Source: Dehalococcoidia bacterium (GTDB taxonomy: Bacteria; Chloroflexota; Dehalococcoidia; DSTF01; WHTK01). From it: a stretch of DNA of 64,000 nucleotides. The position numbers were made by a program, and so were the translations under genes. The notes below the pieces were generated by a model. It had not been told where the DNA came from. It did not search any database and saw only the letters and a list, made by a program, of their open reading frames with translations. Where the stretch lies: NCBI GenBank assembly GCA_965247485.1, contig OZ252017.1, positions 2,018,884 to 2,082,883 of the forward strand. Reading direction: 5' to 3'. Below, piece after piece: positions 20,601 to 29,208 of this stretch (within the stretch, counting starts at the first letter, position 1; each line of letters opens with the position of its first letter).

Positions 20601-21113
20601 CTTTGAATCACCGTTGCCATCTTCGAGCAAGCTTTCAAGGAACCGTTGCCAGCGCTCCTCAAACGCTATCGAGGCACTTACCTCGTCACGCAAGACAAGC
20701 TCCGGCGGCAGACCGGCTTCGATCGGGTAGAGAGAAAGGATGCGCTGAGCAAAACTGTGCAAGGTTTGGATCGAGGCAAGGTCAATCGCGTCGGCGGCCA
20801 GATCGCAGAGACGCCGCTGCTCTTGGTCGAAATCATCGTAATCGCTGCTCTGACCGCGAGTGGCGCGGACTAACTCAAGCCTCACCCGCTCCCGCAGTTC
20901 CGAAGCGGCGGCGTTTGTAAACGTGATCGCGGCGATGCTCGGTAGGGCGATACCAGCCGCGACCAGGCGAACGATTCGCTGCACCAATTCTCGTGTCTTA
21001 CCGGTCCCCGCTCCCGCTTCGACAAAAAATGTCTCTTTCGTCCTGGACCGGATCGCCACCCGTTCAGCCTCGTCGGCCGGAAGCCGCTCAGGCACGGCCA
21101 GCACCGTCGGCAT
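17616..21113 (-). CDS. addA: ATP-dependent helicase-nuclease, AddA/AdnB-like (UvrD-family motor plus C-terminal PD-(D/E)xK nuclease)
   Basis: 1165 aa with Walker A GAGTGKT, UvrD motifs (ITFTNAAASELRERV), and a C-terminal nuclease motif (…IDLLYEGPDGLVVVDYKTD…). Confidence 0.8.
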   Translation of the reverse strand: MPTVLAVPERLPADEAERVAIRSRTKETFFVEAGAGTGKTRELVQRIVRLVAAGIALPSIAAITFTNAAASELRERVRLELVRATRGQSSDYDDFDQEQRRLCDLAADAIDLASIQTLHSFAQRILSLYPIEAGLPPELVLRDEVSASIAFEERWQRFLESLLEDGNGDSKVANALVRGLISGLTVIQLRVIAKNFHENWDRVQSADFECPEMPALTTAAILSGLEMALALRGEIKPSQESDRGFQALISLEGPYEDLRAAQETLAAAQTPEEVAAAEEQLIWLLAAPQKLAVSGTEGSKTAWHGGALAAIRAASKSAEKARDDLLSRLRAACLGPLLTAIQRFVLEYRDQRVAQGNLEYHDRLILARNLLAGNAAVRGELAERYHTLLIDEFQDTDPIQIEIAVLIASEDPEAGQKPWHEVTVAPGRLFFVGDAKQSIYRFRRADIELYDSAARRFGGSSTGHAAHLVQNFRSVPSVLDWVNHTLGSLLQLERKKVSAEAAKQVEFEALKAWRTGDERSPVAVQLLGGPLRSTEFNAETMRALEASSIARLVAQIKDEGESLGLWRIRPDAEKDWRQPRFSDVAILMPTRAVLSDLEKALQENGIPFQIESRSLLFESQEVRDLLNILAAIDDPTDQVAVVAALRSPGFGCSDRDLFRFATAGGSWDFRRAMPDGHPDDDIVGQSMAALKDLNAERWWVNPAEMVDRVIRERRLFQVALANRQPRESWQRLRFMHEQARAFGSGGGRSLRQFVQFMERQAEEQAQVSESSVAEADADAVRIMTIHAAKGLEFPIVFLAGLNARPNNESPAVLWHGGDSAEVRVGAKSRYFETGGYESAKSREDAMRRLETDRLLYVAATRARDHLVASVFHIQAKNSKSHAERHLKNQCVPAECLYAISNQEPGLWKQAVVAEKSAPPPAAPAVATTDSSSDRDAWQEERRRLIATKARMPVLAATAIAKSLPPMPEERGLDKEEQTEDDGPWRRGRAGTSIGRAVHAVLQSIDLATGEGTEDTAKAQATAEGIEGRQNEVVEFVEAARQSKAVKEAVESGRFWREVYVSTLVEGVTIEGFIDLLYEGPDGLVVVDYKTDSLASSAAIDTAMAQYRLQGATYALLLQESLGRPVSRCVFAFVQPRQERAITDLPAAIDEVRQTARASVLTTAEE

Positions 21114-24100
21114 CGACTTCGTCCTCTTGCGCTTCCGGCTCCCGTTCCGAAAGCGCTACGTAGTCGCTCAACCCTGAAGCTTCCTTGCGCTCTTCCCAGG
21201 CCAGCACTCGGTTGCCGGCCGGGCAAACACGATCGTAGGGGCAGTAGCGGCAGTTTTCGTAGCTCTGGCGTTGGCGCTGAGGATTGAATTGCGAATCCCC
21301 GGGCACCGGCGGGAATTCGCCGCTCTCTACGAGATTGGCCAGCACACCGAGAGTCTCGCTAAGCGCGGCCTCGTCCTCTTGCTCAAGCTCGTAGCCCACC
21401 TGAGCAAATTGTTCACGCTCGCTCGTCAGCCAGTAATAGGCACGGACCGCGGCGCTGCCTTCGCCAAGTGCAGCGCGCGCCGCCAAAGCGTAAATCGGCA
21501 ACTGCAGAAGCCGCCCGCCCGCGAGCCGGTCAGCGCTTTTGGCTGTTTCCTTGATGCTTCTCCCTGAGCCGCTCTTGTAGTCATAGACGATTAGCGTGCC
21601 GTCTTCAGCCTTGTCCACCCGGTCGATGCGTCCGCGGAACGCTAGTTCGCGGTCACGATCTAGCCTGACAACTACCGCTTCCCACGACTCCGTCTGCCGG
21701 TCTCCATCCCGGTCCAAGTCGCCGAAGGAGTGCTCTGCCTCGAGAAACCTTGCCCCCGTTTCGGTTCTCACCCGGGTGTCCGCGATCAAGAACGCCCTCA
21801 AATCACGCTTGATTCGCGCCCAGTCTACTTGCCAAAACAGCTCTCCGCCGGTGATCCCTCGCTCGTGTGCCCGGTCGCACTCTTCGTCAGCAATCGCATT
21901 AAGACGCTCCGCGTCTTCATCCTGCCATGGCTCGTCCGGTTCAAGGCTGCGCCCGTGCATCTTGGTATCGCTAAAAAATCGTTCCAATGAATCATGGATG
22001 ATATTGCCCCGGTCTGCGCCGGAGATTCGAACGATTTCTTCCGGTCGCATCGTCTCTCGCACCCGGCCCACCTGACCGAGAAAATAGCGAAACGGACAAG
22101 TCGCCAACGTCTCAAGAGACGTTGGCGAGTAAGGTCGCTTTGAGCCCAGCCCTAAACCGCCGCCCACTGCTCCGGAGCGCCGCCAAAGCTCCGCAGCGTC
22201 GAGCTTGATGCGACGTGACCAGGGGGCGAGCCTTGATGTCGCGGCGTAGAGGCTCGCCAGGAACGCTGGTTCTTGGCCGAGGAAATGATCTCTAGGGTTT
22301 GGTGAGCCTAGCAGGCTGCGTACTTCCCATTCCTGCCGCGACCCCGCCGCCAGGCTGGTGGTCGTAAGCGCCTGCTGGAAGGATGCTAGAGACGTCAACC
22401 ATGGCGCTGATCCCAACTGTTCCAGGTCATCGCTCGATATCAAGTCACCCTGAAGCGACGATGCGGACTCCAAAAGCCAGCGTGATGGGGTCTGCTTGCT
22501 CTGAGAGCGCAGGCTGGATTCGGCGAAGCACAGCGTGCGTTGACTGCTTGACGCCAGGGCGGCGAGATAGTCGCAGCGCAATTCAAGCCGGGAGGCGGCG
22601 CGCGCCGGCAGCAGAAAACGCTCACGTTCCCGGTCTGGGATCAGTGGGTCCTCACGGCTGGGTCCCGGCATGCTGCCTTCGACCATACCGAGAACGAATA
22701 CGCGATCGAAATCCATGCCACGCGCGTTTTTCAGAGAGCCGATAAAGATGCCATCGCCAAACCGTCCTAGCCGGCCACTGGCGTCCTGGAGAGAATCTTC
22801 AATCAGGCGGGCGAGCAACTGACGCGAGCCGTCGAGGTCGAGGCTGGGCGGTGAAGGGAGCCTGGCGCTTTTCCTTTGCCAGAGCGACTCCGCGTTTGCA
22901 ACCGATTCGAGGCGCCGACGGACCTCCTGGTAGGCCTCAAGTTCGGCATCGTTTTCCCAGCCAGCCGCCGCGTTTTCACTGCCGAGGAATCGGTCCAATA
23001 AACCCAGTCCCCAGCGGACCATATCTCTGATCGAGGCGCCGGCCGGCGGCTTCAAGTGGCGCTCCAGCTCCTCGATAAACGCCGCCAGCCGGGCCGCGCT
23101 GGCGGCTTCATTCCGCTGTTGCCCATCCCGAACACCCCAAATTTGCAGCCGCTGGCGAAATTGTCCGCTGCCGCCAACAACCCCGGCGTCGCGTGAAATC
23201 TGGTCCCATTGGTGCGCCGGGACCCAACGGCCTGCGTAGGGACCTTCAGTTGTCTCGACGATCGGCCCCGACGTCAGCCAATCCATCACCGCATCGCGCC
23301 GAAATCTTGTATCGGGCAGGCGCAGCATCCCGATCAGCAGGCGTCCGACCAATGAGTCTGCCAGCGGCCGCGCCGGCGGGCCGTTGAAGGGTATCTCAGC
23401 TGCTCTGAGCTGCTCCTGCAAAAGTGGGGCATACAAATCGCTGGACCCGAACAGAATCCCGATACGATAGAACGGTGTGCCGCCGGAGGCCGCGTCCAGA
23501 CTGAGGCGGATCACACTTCGGACCTCTTCCTCGGTATCAATAGTTCTGAGGATGTCGGTGGCGGTTGGCGGCTCGCCGGGATCCCAGCTCTCTGGCGCCT
23601 TGATTTCGAGTCGTTCGGCCAGGTCGATTGCAACCTGGTCTGCCCCCTGGTCAAAGGCTTGGCCTAGAACAATGTCAATCGCATCGCGACTCATGAACTC
23701 GCGAATGAGTGCAGTCTGGGCCGGGCTCAGGGAGCGCGGCAGATAGAGGAGTAAGCGGCCCAGGTCCTGGAGCGCGGCCGAGCCATCTCGAACCGCTTCG
23801 GCCGCGGATTCGGCCAAATCTTCGACGTCGTACGTGTCTGCCGTCAGTTCCCGAAACCGCCGATAAAGCGCGATCAGCTGAGCGTTCTTGTCCGAGCTGG
23901 CTGCCATCTGGTTCAGCGCCGCTACGGAAGCAAGCCTCAGGTCGCGGAAGCTGGCGCTGAGGGCGCTCTCAGTTGCCGGGTGCTCGCTGACGGATTCAAG
24001 AACTCCTCTGTGACCGACCAGAACCGCGCGGACCGCCTCGGCCCGGTTCCACGCGGTCAAAGGACGCTTCGCGAGCGCCAGCCTCGCCGAGCCGAGAAGT

Positions 24101-24303
24101 TCAGCCACTCTGGCCAGCACCAGAAAACGGATATTCACCACGCTCCCGGCTTTGCCGAGACGCCGGCGCAACGAGAGACCGGTGTAGTTGGACGGGACAA
24201 TTACCGTCACGGGTGACAGCGGGTCTGTCTTTTTGGCCTCGTCGATAATCGCCCTCAGGGCGCTGAACGCGGGCTCACCGTAGGGCTCAACTGCAAACGA
24301 CAT
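21088..24303 (-). CDS. addB: Helicase-nuclease partner subunit, AddB/AdnA-like (RecB-family nuclease with Cys cluster)
   Basis: 1071 aa. C-terminal PD-(D/E)xK motif (RIDRVDKAEDGTLIVYDYKSG) and CRYCPYDRVCP Fe-S-type cysteines. It overlaps the addA start by 26 bp. Confidence 0.7.
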   Translation of the reverse strand: MSFAVEPYGEPAFSALRAIIDEAKKTDPLSPVTVIVPSNYTGLSLRRRLGKAGSVVNIRFLVLARVAELLGSARLALAKRPLTAWNRAEAVRAVLVGHRGVLESVSEHPATESALSASFRDLRLASVAALNQMAASSDKNAQLIALYRRFRELTADTYDVEDLAESAAEAVRDGSAALQDLGRLLLYLPRSLSPAQTALIREFMSRDAIDIVLGQAFDQGADQVAIDLAERLEIKAPESWDPGEPPTATDILRTIDTEEEVRSVIRLSLDAASGGTPFYRIGILFGSSDLYAPLLQEQLRAAEIPFNGPPARPLADSLVGRLLIGMLRLPDTRFRRDAVMDWLTSGPIVETTEGPYAGRWVPAHQWDQISRDAGVVGGSGQFRQRLQIWGVRDGQQRNEAASAARLAAFIEELERHLKPPAGASIRDMVRWGLGLLDRFLGSENAAAGWENDAELEAYQEVRRRLESVANAESLWQRKSARLPSPPSLDLDGSRQLLARLIEDSLQDASGRLGRFGDGIFIGSLKNARGMDFDRVFVLGMVEGSMPGPSREDPLIPDRERERFLLPARAASRLELRCDYLAALASSSQRTLCFAESSLRSQSKQTPSRWLLESASSLQGDLISSDDLEQLGSAPWLTSLASFQQALTTTSLAAGSRQEWEVRSLLGSPNPRDHFLGQEPAFLASLYAATSRLAPWSRRIKLDAAELWRRSGAVGGGLGLGSKRPYSPTSLETLATCPFRYFLGQVGRVRETMRPEEIVRISGADRGNIIHDSLERFFSDTKMHGRSLEPDEPWQDEDAERLNAIADEECDRAHERGITGGELFWQVDWARIKRDLRAFLIADTRVRTETGARFLEAEHSFGDLDRDGDRQTESWEAVVVRLDRDRELAFRGRIDRVDKAEDGTLIVYDYKSGSGRSIKETAKSADRLAGGRLLQLPIYALAARAALGEGSAAVRAYYWLTSEREQFAQVGYELEQEDEAALSETLGVLANLVESGEFPPVPGDSQFNPQRQRQSYENCRYCPYDRVCPAGNRVLAWEERKEASGLSDYVALSEREPEAQEDEVDADGAGRA

Positions 24304-24368
24304 CCGCTAGCCTCTTTACCTTCCATTCTATAGAGGGAGAGCCTGATTCTGGCGTTCTGACTTTGAAA

Positions 24369-24657
24369 GCTGGGGAACACCCCAGACCCCGCTAAAGACT
24401 CCTCGCCAAGCTCGTCGCAAGCTGGGGGACACCCCAGACCCCGCTAAAGACTCCTCGCCAAGCTCGCCGCAAGCCGGGAACACCCCAGACCCCGCTAAAG
24501 ACTCCTCGCCAAGCTCGTCGCAAGCCGGGGACACCCCGCGCCCCGCTAAAGACCCCTCGCCAAGCTCGTCGCAAGCCGGGGACACCCCGCGCCCCGCTAA
24601 AGACTCCTCGCCAAGCTCGTCGCAAGCCGGGGACACCCCGCGCCCCGCTAAAGACCC
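24369..24657. repeat. 51-bp minisatellite, ~5.6 copies, in the addAB/sbcDC divergent intergenic region
   Basis: GCTAAAG recurs at 24391, 24443, 24494, 24545, 24596 and 24647 (period 52, then 51 x4). Two unit variants are present (…CCCCAGACCCC… and …CCCCGCGCCCC…). Confidence 0.9.
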
Positions 24658-24733
24658 GGCTTTTAAAGCCCCGTTGACCCCTCAGGCCCGATCACTCTAC
24701 TGTCTGAGAGGTAGGGTTTCGGTCTTGGAGAGG

Positions 24734-25999
24734 ATGATTGTGTCAAATCTGCGATTCGTTCACGCTGCGGATCTCCATCTCGATAGCCCATTTACCGGCC
24801 TCAAGACAGCGACTCCGTCCCATGTCTCCGCGCGCCTGCTAAACGCCACCTTTGATGCCTTTGGGGCCGTCATTGACCTTTGTCTCAGCGAACGAGTCGA
24901 TGCCCTCCTGATCGCTGGTGATATTTATGACGCCGCCGATCGAAGCCTGCGAGCCCAGCTGCGTTTTGTCGATGGGCTCAAGCGACTGGACGCGGCCGGC
25001 GTTCGGTCCTTCATCTGTCACGGCAACCACGACCCGCTAAATGGCTGGCAAGCACGCCTGGACCTCCCAGCCGGCTGTCACCAATTTGGCGAGCAGGTAG
25101 AGGCAGTTCCGTTCGATCCAAACGATCCCGCGAGGGCCACTGTCGTCGGCATTAGTTACCCAAAGCGCGAAGTAAAGGAAAATCTTACTGGTGGTTTCGC
25201 TGCGCTGGACCGCCACGGATTTTCAATTGGCCTTCTCCATAGCAACGTTGGTGGCAACTCTCAGCATGCTGCTTATGCGCCCTGCACGGTCGCGGAGCTC
25301 GCCCAAACCGGCATTGACTACTGGGCCTTGGGTCACGTCCATAATCACCAAATTCTCAACCCTCAGAGGCCTGCTGTTGTTTACCCAGGCAATACCCAAG
25401 GCCGCCACATAAACGAGCCTGGGGCACGCGGCGTCTACCTGGTGGAGGTTGACGAAGGCGGAAGAGTTTCAGCCGAGTTTCATGAGACGAGTGTCCTTAG
25501 ATGGGAGTCCGTGTCTGTCAGCATTGACGGTCTGGAGACCGAGCAATCTCTTCTCGATGCTGTCGAGCGCGAGATCGGAGCCGTCTTTTCTGATTCCGCC
25601 GGCCGTGACCTGATCTATCGCCTGGCATTGACTGGGCGAGGATCGTTAAACGAGGCCGCCCGCCGCCCGGATTTCGCGACCGACCTCCAGGTAGGACTAA
25701 ACGAGGCTTGGGCCGGCGTTACGACTTTTGCCTGGTGTGATCGCATCGACGTGCTGACGCGGGGTCCTTTTGACCGGGCGTCGCGACGTGAAGGAGGCGA
25801 TTTTGTCGGAGAACTGCTGCAACTAATTGACTCCGCTCGGACAGAGCCAGCCCTTCTGGACCAACTTTCCGCTGAGCTCCAAGTGCTTTACGGCCACGCC
25901 AGGGCCGGCCGCTTCCTTGCCAGCGCTTCAGCTAGCCCAGATGACATTGCCGCCCTGTTGGATGATGCCGAAGCAGCCTGCCTTGAGGCATTGTCGTGA
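24734..25999 (+). CDS. sbcD: SbcD/Mre11-like DNA repair exonuclease (calcineurin-like metallophosphoesterase)
   Basis: Phosphoesterase motifs (FVHAADLHLD, GNHD, LGHVHN). The start is taken as ATG 24734 (MIVSNLRF…), downstream of the minisatellite. The ORF track lists an earlier start at 24674. Confidence 0.8.
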   Translation: MIVSNLRFVHAADLHLDSPFTGLKTATPSHVSARLLNATFDAFGAVIDLCLSERVDALLIAGDIYDAADRSLRAQLRFVDGLKRLDAAGVRSFICHGNHDPLNGWQARLDLPAGCHQFGEQVEAVPFDPNDPARATVVGISYPKREVKENLTGGFAALDRHGFSIGLLHSNVGGNSQHAAYAPCTVAELAQTGIDYWALGHVHNHQILNPQRPAVVYPGNTQGRHINEPGARGVYLVEVDEGGRVSAEFHETSVLRWESVSVSIDGLETEQSLLDAVEREIGAVFSDSAGRDLIYRLALTGRGSLNEAARRPDFATDLQVGLNEAWAGVTTFAWCDRIDVLTRGPFDRASRREGGDFVGELLQLIDSARTEPALLDQLSAELQVLYGHARAGRFLASASASPDDIAALLDDAEAACLEALS

Positions 26000-28900
26000 G
26001 AATCGAAAACGTTCATGTCGACGGTTTTGGCCACTTTTTCGATACCCAATTCGGCCCTCTGAATGCGCCGATGACCGTCTTTTTCGGCCCCAATGAGGCG
26101 GGTAAAACTACAATTTTGGCTTTTTTGAGAGCCATGCTTTTCGGCTTTCCTACCAGGCTGCGCGCTCAGCACTACCCGCCGCTCCGAGGCGGCAACCATG
26201 GCGGACGGCTCTTTCTGGACGATGAGCATGGACTGCGCTACACGCTGGGCAGGTCCGAAACTGCTCGTGCTGCGACGCTCGAAATTGTGACCAGTGACGG
26301 GCAAGAATCCGGGGATGAAGCCTTTCTCGCCAACGCGCTTGGTCAGGCCTCCAAAGAAATGTTCGAGTCGGTGTTTGCCTTTAGCATTACCGAACTGCAG
26401 CAACTTGAATCCCTCGGAAAGGGTGATGCCAGCGCTCAGATTTACAGTGCTGGCATGGGCGCTGCCGCGTTGCCCGGCGCGATGACCAGCCTCAAGAATC
26501 GCCAAGAGGCTCTTTTTCTGCCCGGCGGTTCCAAGCAAGCGGTCGCTGAGACGTTAGCCGAGCTGGAAAAGCTCGACCTCAAGTTGCAGATTGCCGGAGA
26601 CGCGACCGGTCGCTATGGCGAGCTCCTCATGCGTCAAGCCGCGGTAGCGGTTGAGCTAGAAACGACTCAGGCAACGCTACATGACCTAAATGGCCGCCGC
26701 CAGAAGTCTGCCAACCTCCGCCAAGCGTGGGATGACTGGATTCAGCGCGATTCCCTAATCCGTCGCGCTCAAGAGCTTCCAGAGTTCGCCGATTTTCCCT
26801 CGGAGGCCGTTGGACGCCTGGAAAAACTTGAGGAGCGGGCTAACGCTGCCGCCGACGAACTGCTTGAAAGCCAGGCACAGCTTGAATCGGCGACCGTGGC
26901 TGTGCGGACCACTGCCCCGGATACGGCACTGCTGGACCATGACCAGGAGATTCGACATCTGCTTACCTCACGAGATAGCTTCGCCTCCTCTGTTGCCGAC
27001 GCGCCCAAACGCGAAATCGAGCTTGCTGACCTCCGCCGGGAACTCGAAGACGGACTCAGAACCTTGGGTCTCGGCTGGGACCAGGCCCGCCTCGACACTT
27101 TCGATATATCTAGCTCTGAGCGCGGGAGAATTGACGAGTGGGCCTCTGAACTCGATGAGGTAATCAAGATTGCGCGCACGCGCGACGACGAGTCAGCTCG
27201 CGCCGAGGATCTAAGCAAGGACTTGGCGGAAAAGCTGGCTGATCAAAAAACGGCGTTGGATGCACGCGGCCCAGCGCCTTATTCCTTAGAACAACTAGAA
27301 GAGCGCCGTGGACACCTGCGGCGCTGCCGCACGATTCGCGAAGACTTACTGCGAAACCAAGCACGCCGGGATGATCTTGAGGCTCAAGTTGATGCCCGTC
27401 CCGGGGCATCGGCCGAGGGTCTGGAAGCGCCGTGGTCGCCACTCGCGGTGCTTGCAACTTGCGGCGTCCTAATCACGGCGGCTGGCCTTGCCCTCGGCGG
27501 CGCGGCGGCGTTTCTGGGGTTGGTAATCGGCCTCGGGCTGCTGTTGGCAGCCGGCGCTCTCTGGTTCATTCGCCAGAAAGCTCGCCCTGTCGCGGAGATG
27601 CAAACGGGCCTGGGTTTGCAGACTATCTTGGCTCAGATTGAAAGGTCCTCAACCACTGCCCAAGAGTTGGAGTCTGACCTGGTCGACGCGGCTAAGTATC
27701 TCCGCGATTCGCCTATCGATTCTGAGGCCTTGGACGCGACGTTAAGCGAGATAGAGACTGAGCTGGCTCAAGCAGCGGTGACATTGACCGACCTCAATTC
27801 ACTCGAACGCGGCCTGGCCGAGGACATCAAGGCAGCCGAGCGGCTGGAAAGCCGAATGAACCTGGCCACCGAAGCCGCCAGACGGGCTAGTGAACAGCTT
27901 GAAGCCAAACGTCGCGACTGGCGCGAATGGCTAGCCGCCAGAAATCTCGCCGATCATCTCTTGCCCCACACTGTCGGAATTGTTTTTGGCCAAGTCGAGA
28001 ACGCTCGGCAGCGCGCTCGGGCAGTGGCCGCGATGGGCGACCGGCTTGAAGCCATCCAGCGCGATGTAGACGACTATTCAGAGCCTGTCGTCAGTTTGGC
28101 TCACGAGCTTGACCTGGAAATTGACGCCACGAATCCAGCTGGTGTAGCAGCGGCAGCCTCCGAGCTGATCGGCCGGCTAGAAGCTGCTCGAAAGACCGAG
28201 GCAGAACACGTTTCTGCCTCGGAGAAGCTCAACCAGGCCAAACTGGACTTTGAAGGCCGTGAGCAGAAGGCCGTACAGGCCGCCAACGATCTCGAAGAGT
28301 TGCTGGCTTCGGGGAGCGCTGGCGACGCTGAGGAGTTTCGCGCCCACGCCGCCTTACATGCTGAGCGAATGGATACGCAACGCGGCATCAATGGCGCGGA
28401 AGACCGCTTGCGCCGCTTGGCGGGGCCGGGTGGTACTCTGGACCGGCTTTCTGCTGACCTGGCCGCGACCGCCTTACCAACCCTTGAGGACGATTTGGTA
28501 AACCTGGAAGTTGAAATCAAGGAGGTTGATGAACGGCGCACTGGAGTAATCCGCGAGCAAGCGACGCTGGAAACCGAGATCAAGGACCTCACCAGCGAAG
28601 AAGAGACTTCTGAACTCAGGGCCCGCCGCGAGTCGCTAAAGGCAAATCTGGATTCTACCGCTCGTCAGTGGTCTGTTTTGACCCTGGCCCACGGCCTGAT
28701 GGCCGAGGCTCAGAAGAAGTATGAGCAAGAGCGTCAGCCCGCCGTCATCCGTCACGCGGACGCCTTTTTCCAAACGATCACCGCGGGCCGGTACCGTGAC
28801 CTTATTTCGCCGCTTGGGACCCAGAAGCTGACGGTTGCGGACCGCGACGGCTCTCGAAAGGAGCCGGAGCAACTGTCCAAAGGCACCCAGGAGGCGCTAT

Positions 28901-29142
28901 ATCTCGCGCTTCGCTTTGGGTTGATTCGTCAATTCGGTGAGCAGGCCTGTAGCCTCCCGGTGATCGTCGACGAGATCCTGGTGAACTTCGACCCAGAACG
29001 TGGCCAGCGTGCCGCTGAAGGGTTTGCCGAGCTGTCAAAAACCAATCAGGTCCTCGTCTTCACCTGCCACCCCACGATTCGAGATCTGTTTACCGCCGCG
29101 TCTCCCGACACTCAGGTCATTGAAATCGACGCGAATAGGTAA
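25996..29142 (+). CDS. sbcC: SbcC/Rad50-like SMC ATPase (YhaN/SbcE-like) with a central hydrophobic hairpin instead of a zinc hook
   Basis: 1048 aa. Walker A FGPNEAGKTT, long coiled coils, and a C-terminal signature plus D-loop (LSKGTQEALYLALRFGL…VIVDEILVNFD). Residues ~480-525 (PLAVLATCGVLITAAGLALGGAAAFLGLVIGLGLLLAAGALWFI) are hydrophobic, and there is no CxxC. It overlaps the sbcD stop by 4 bp. Confidence 0.8.
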   Translation: MRIENVHVDGFGHFFDTQFGPLNAPMTVFFGPNEAGKTTILAFLRAMLFGFPTRLRAQHYPPLRGGNHGGRLFLDDEHGLRYTLGRSETARAATLEIVTSDGQESGDEAFLANALGQASKEMFESVFAFSITELQQLESLGKGDASAQIYSAGMGAAALPGAMTSLKNRQEALFLPGGSKQAVAETLAELEKLDLKLQIAGDATGRYGELLMRQAAVAVELETTQATLHDLNGRRQKSANLRQAWDDWIQRDSLIRRAQELPEFADFPSEAVGRLEKLEERANAAADELLESQAQLESATVAVRTTAPDTALLDHDQEIRHLLTSRDSFASSVADAPKREIELADLRRELEDGLRTLGLGWDQARLDTFDISSSERGRIDEWASELDEVIKIARTRDDESARAEDLSKDLAEKLADQKTALDARGPAPYSLEQLEERRGHLRRCRTIREDLLRNQARRDDLEAQVDARPGASAEGLEAPWSPLAVLATCGVLITAAGLALGGAAAFLGLVIGLGLLLAAGALWFIRQKARPVAEMQTGLGLQTILAQIERSSTTAQELESDLVDAAKYLRDSPIDSEALDATLSEIETELAQAAVTLTDLNSLERGLAEDIKAAERLESRMNLATEAARRASEQLEAKRRDWREWLAARNLADHLLPHTVGIVFGQVENARQRARAVAAMGDRLEAIQRDVDDYSEPVVSLAHELDLEIDATNPAGVAAAASELIGRLEAARKTEAEHVSASEKLNQAKLDFEGREQKAVQAANDLEELLASGSAGDAEEFRAHAALHAERMDTQRGINGAEDRLRRLAGPGGTLDRLSADLAATALPTLEDDLVNLEVEIKEVDERRTGVIREQATLETEIKDLTSEEETSELRARRESLKANLDSTARQWSVLTLAHGLMAEAQKKYEQERQPAVIRHADAFFQTITAGRYRDLISPLGTQKLTVADRDGSRKEPEQLSKGTQEALYLALRFGLIRQFGEQACSLPVIVDEILVNFDPERGQRAAEGFAELSKTNQVLVFTCHPTIRDLFTAASPDTQVIEIDANR

Positions 29143-29208
29143 CCTTCGGTCCTCATTGCTAGTGTCGATCGTGTTTCTACTGGAGGTCAGGGACTGAGGA
29201 GTGGCACG

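Noticed and set aside
17633-23746. Numerous 60-160-aa ORFs antisense to or embedded in addA/addB (e.g. 18022..18432, 18070..18501, 21596..22075, 23477..23746), and similar ones inside metH, tkt, pgi and sbcC
   Set aside because: They are Arg/Ser/Pro/Ala-rich translations typical of the non-coding frames of high-GC genes. They have no conserved motifs and are fully overlapped by strongly supported genes.
24328-24636. Two overlapping minus-strand ORFs (102 and 77 aa) inside the 51-bp minisatellite, which would encode GVSPACDELGEESLAGR-type repeats
   Set aside because: They exist only because the GC-rich repeat lacks stop codons in two frames. The first unit is 52 bp, so the periodicity is not frame-preserving. 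There is no RBS or start context. Treated as a non-coding repeat.
24369-24657. CRISPR array
   Set aside because: The units are directly tandem with no unique spacers, there are no cas genes, and the units are 51 bp with two variants. It is a minisatellite.
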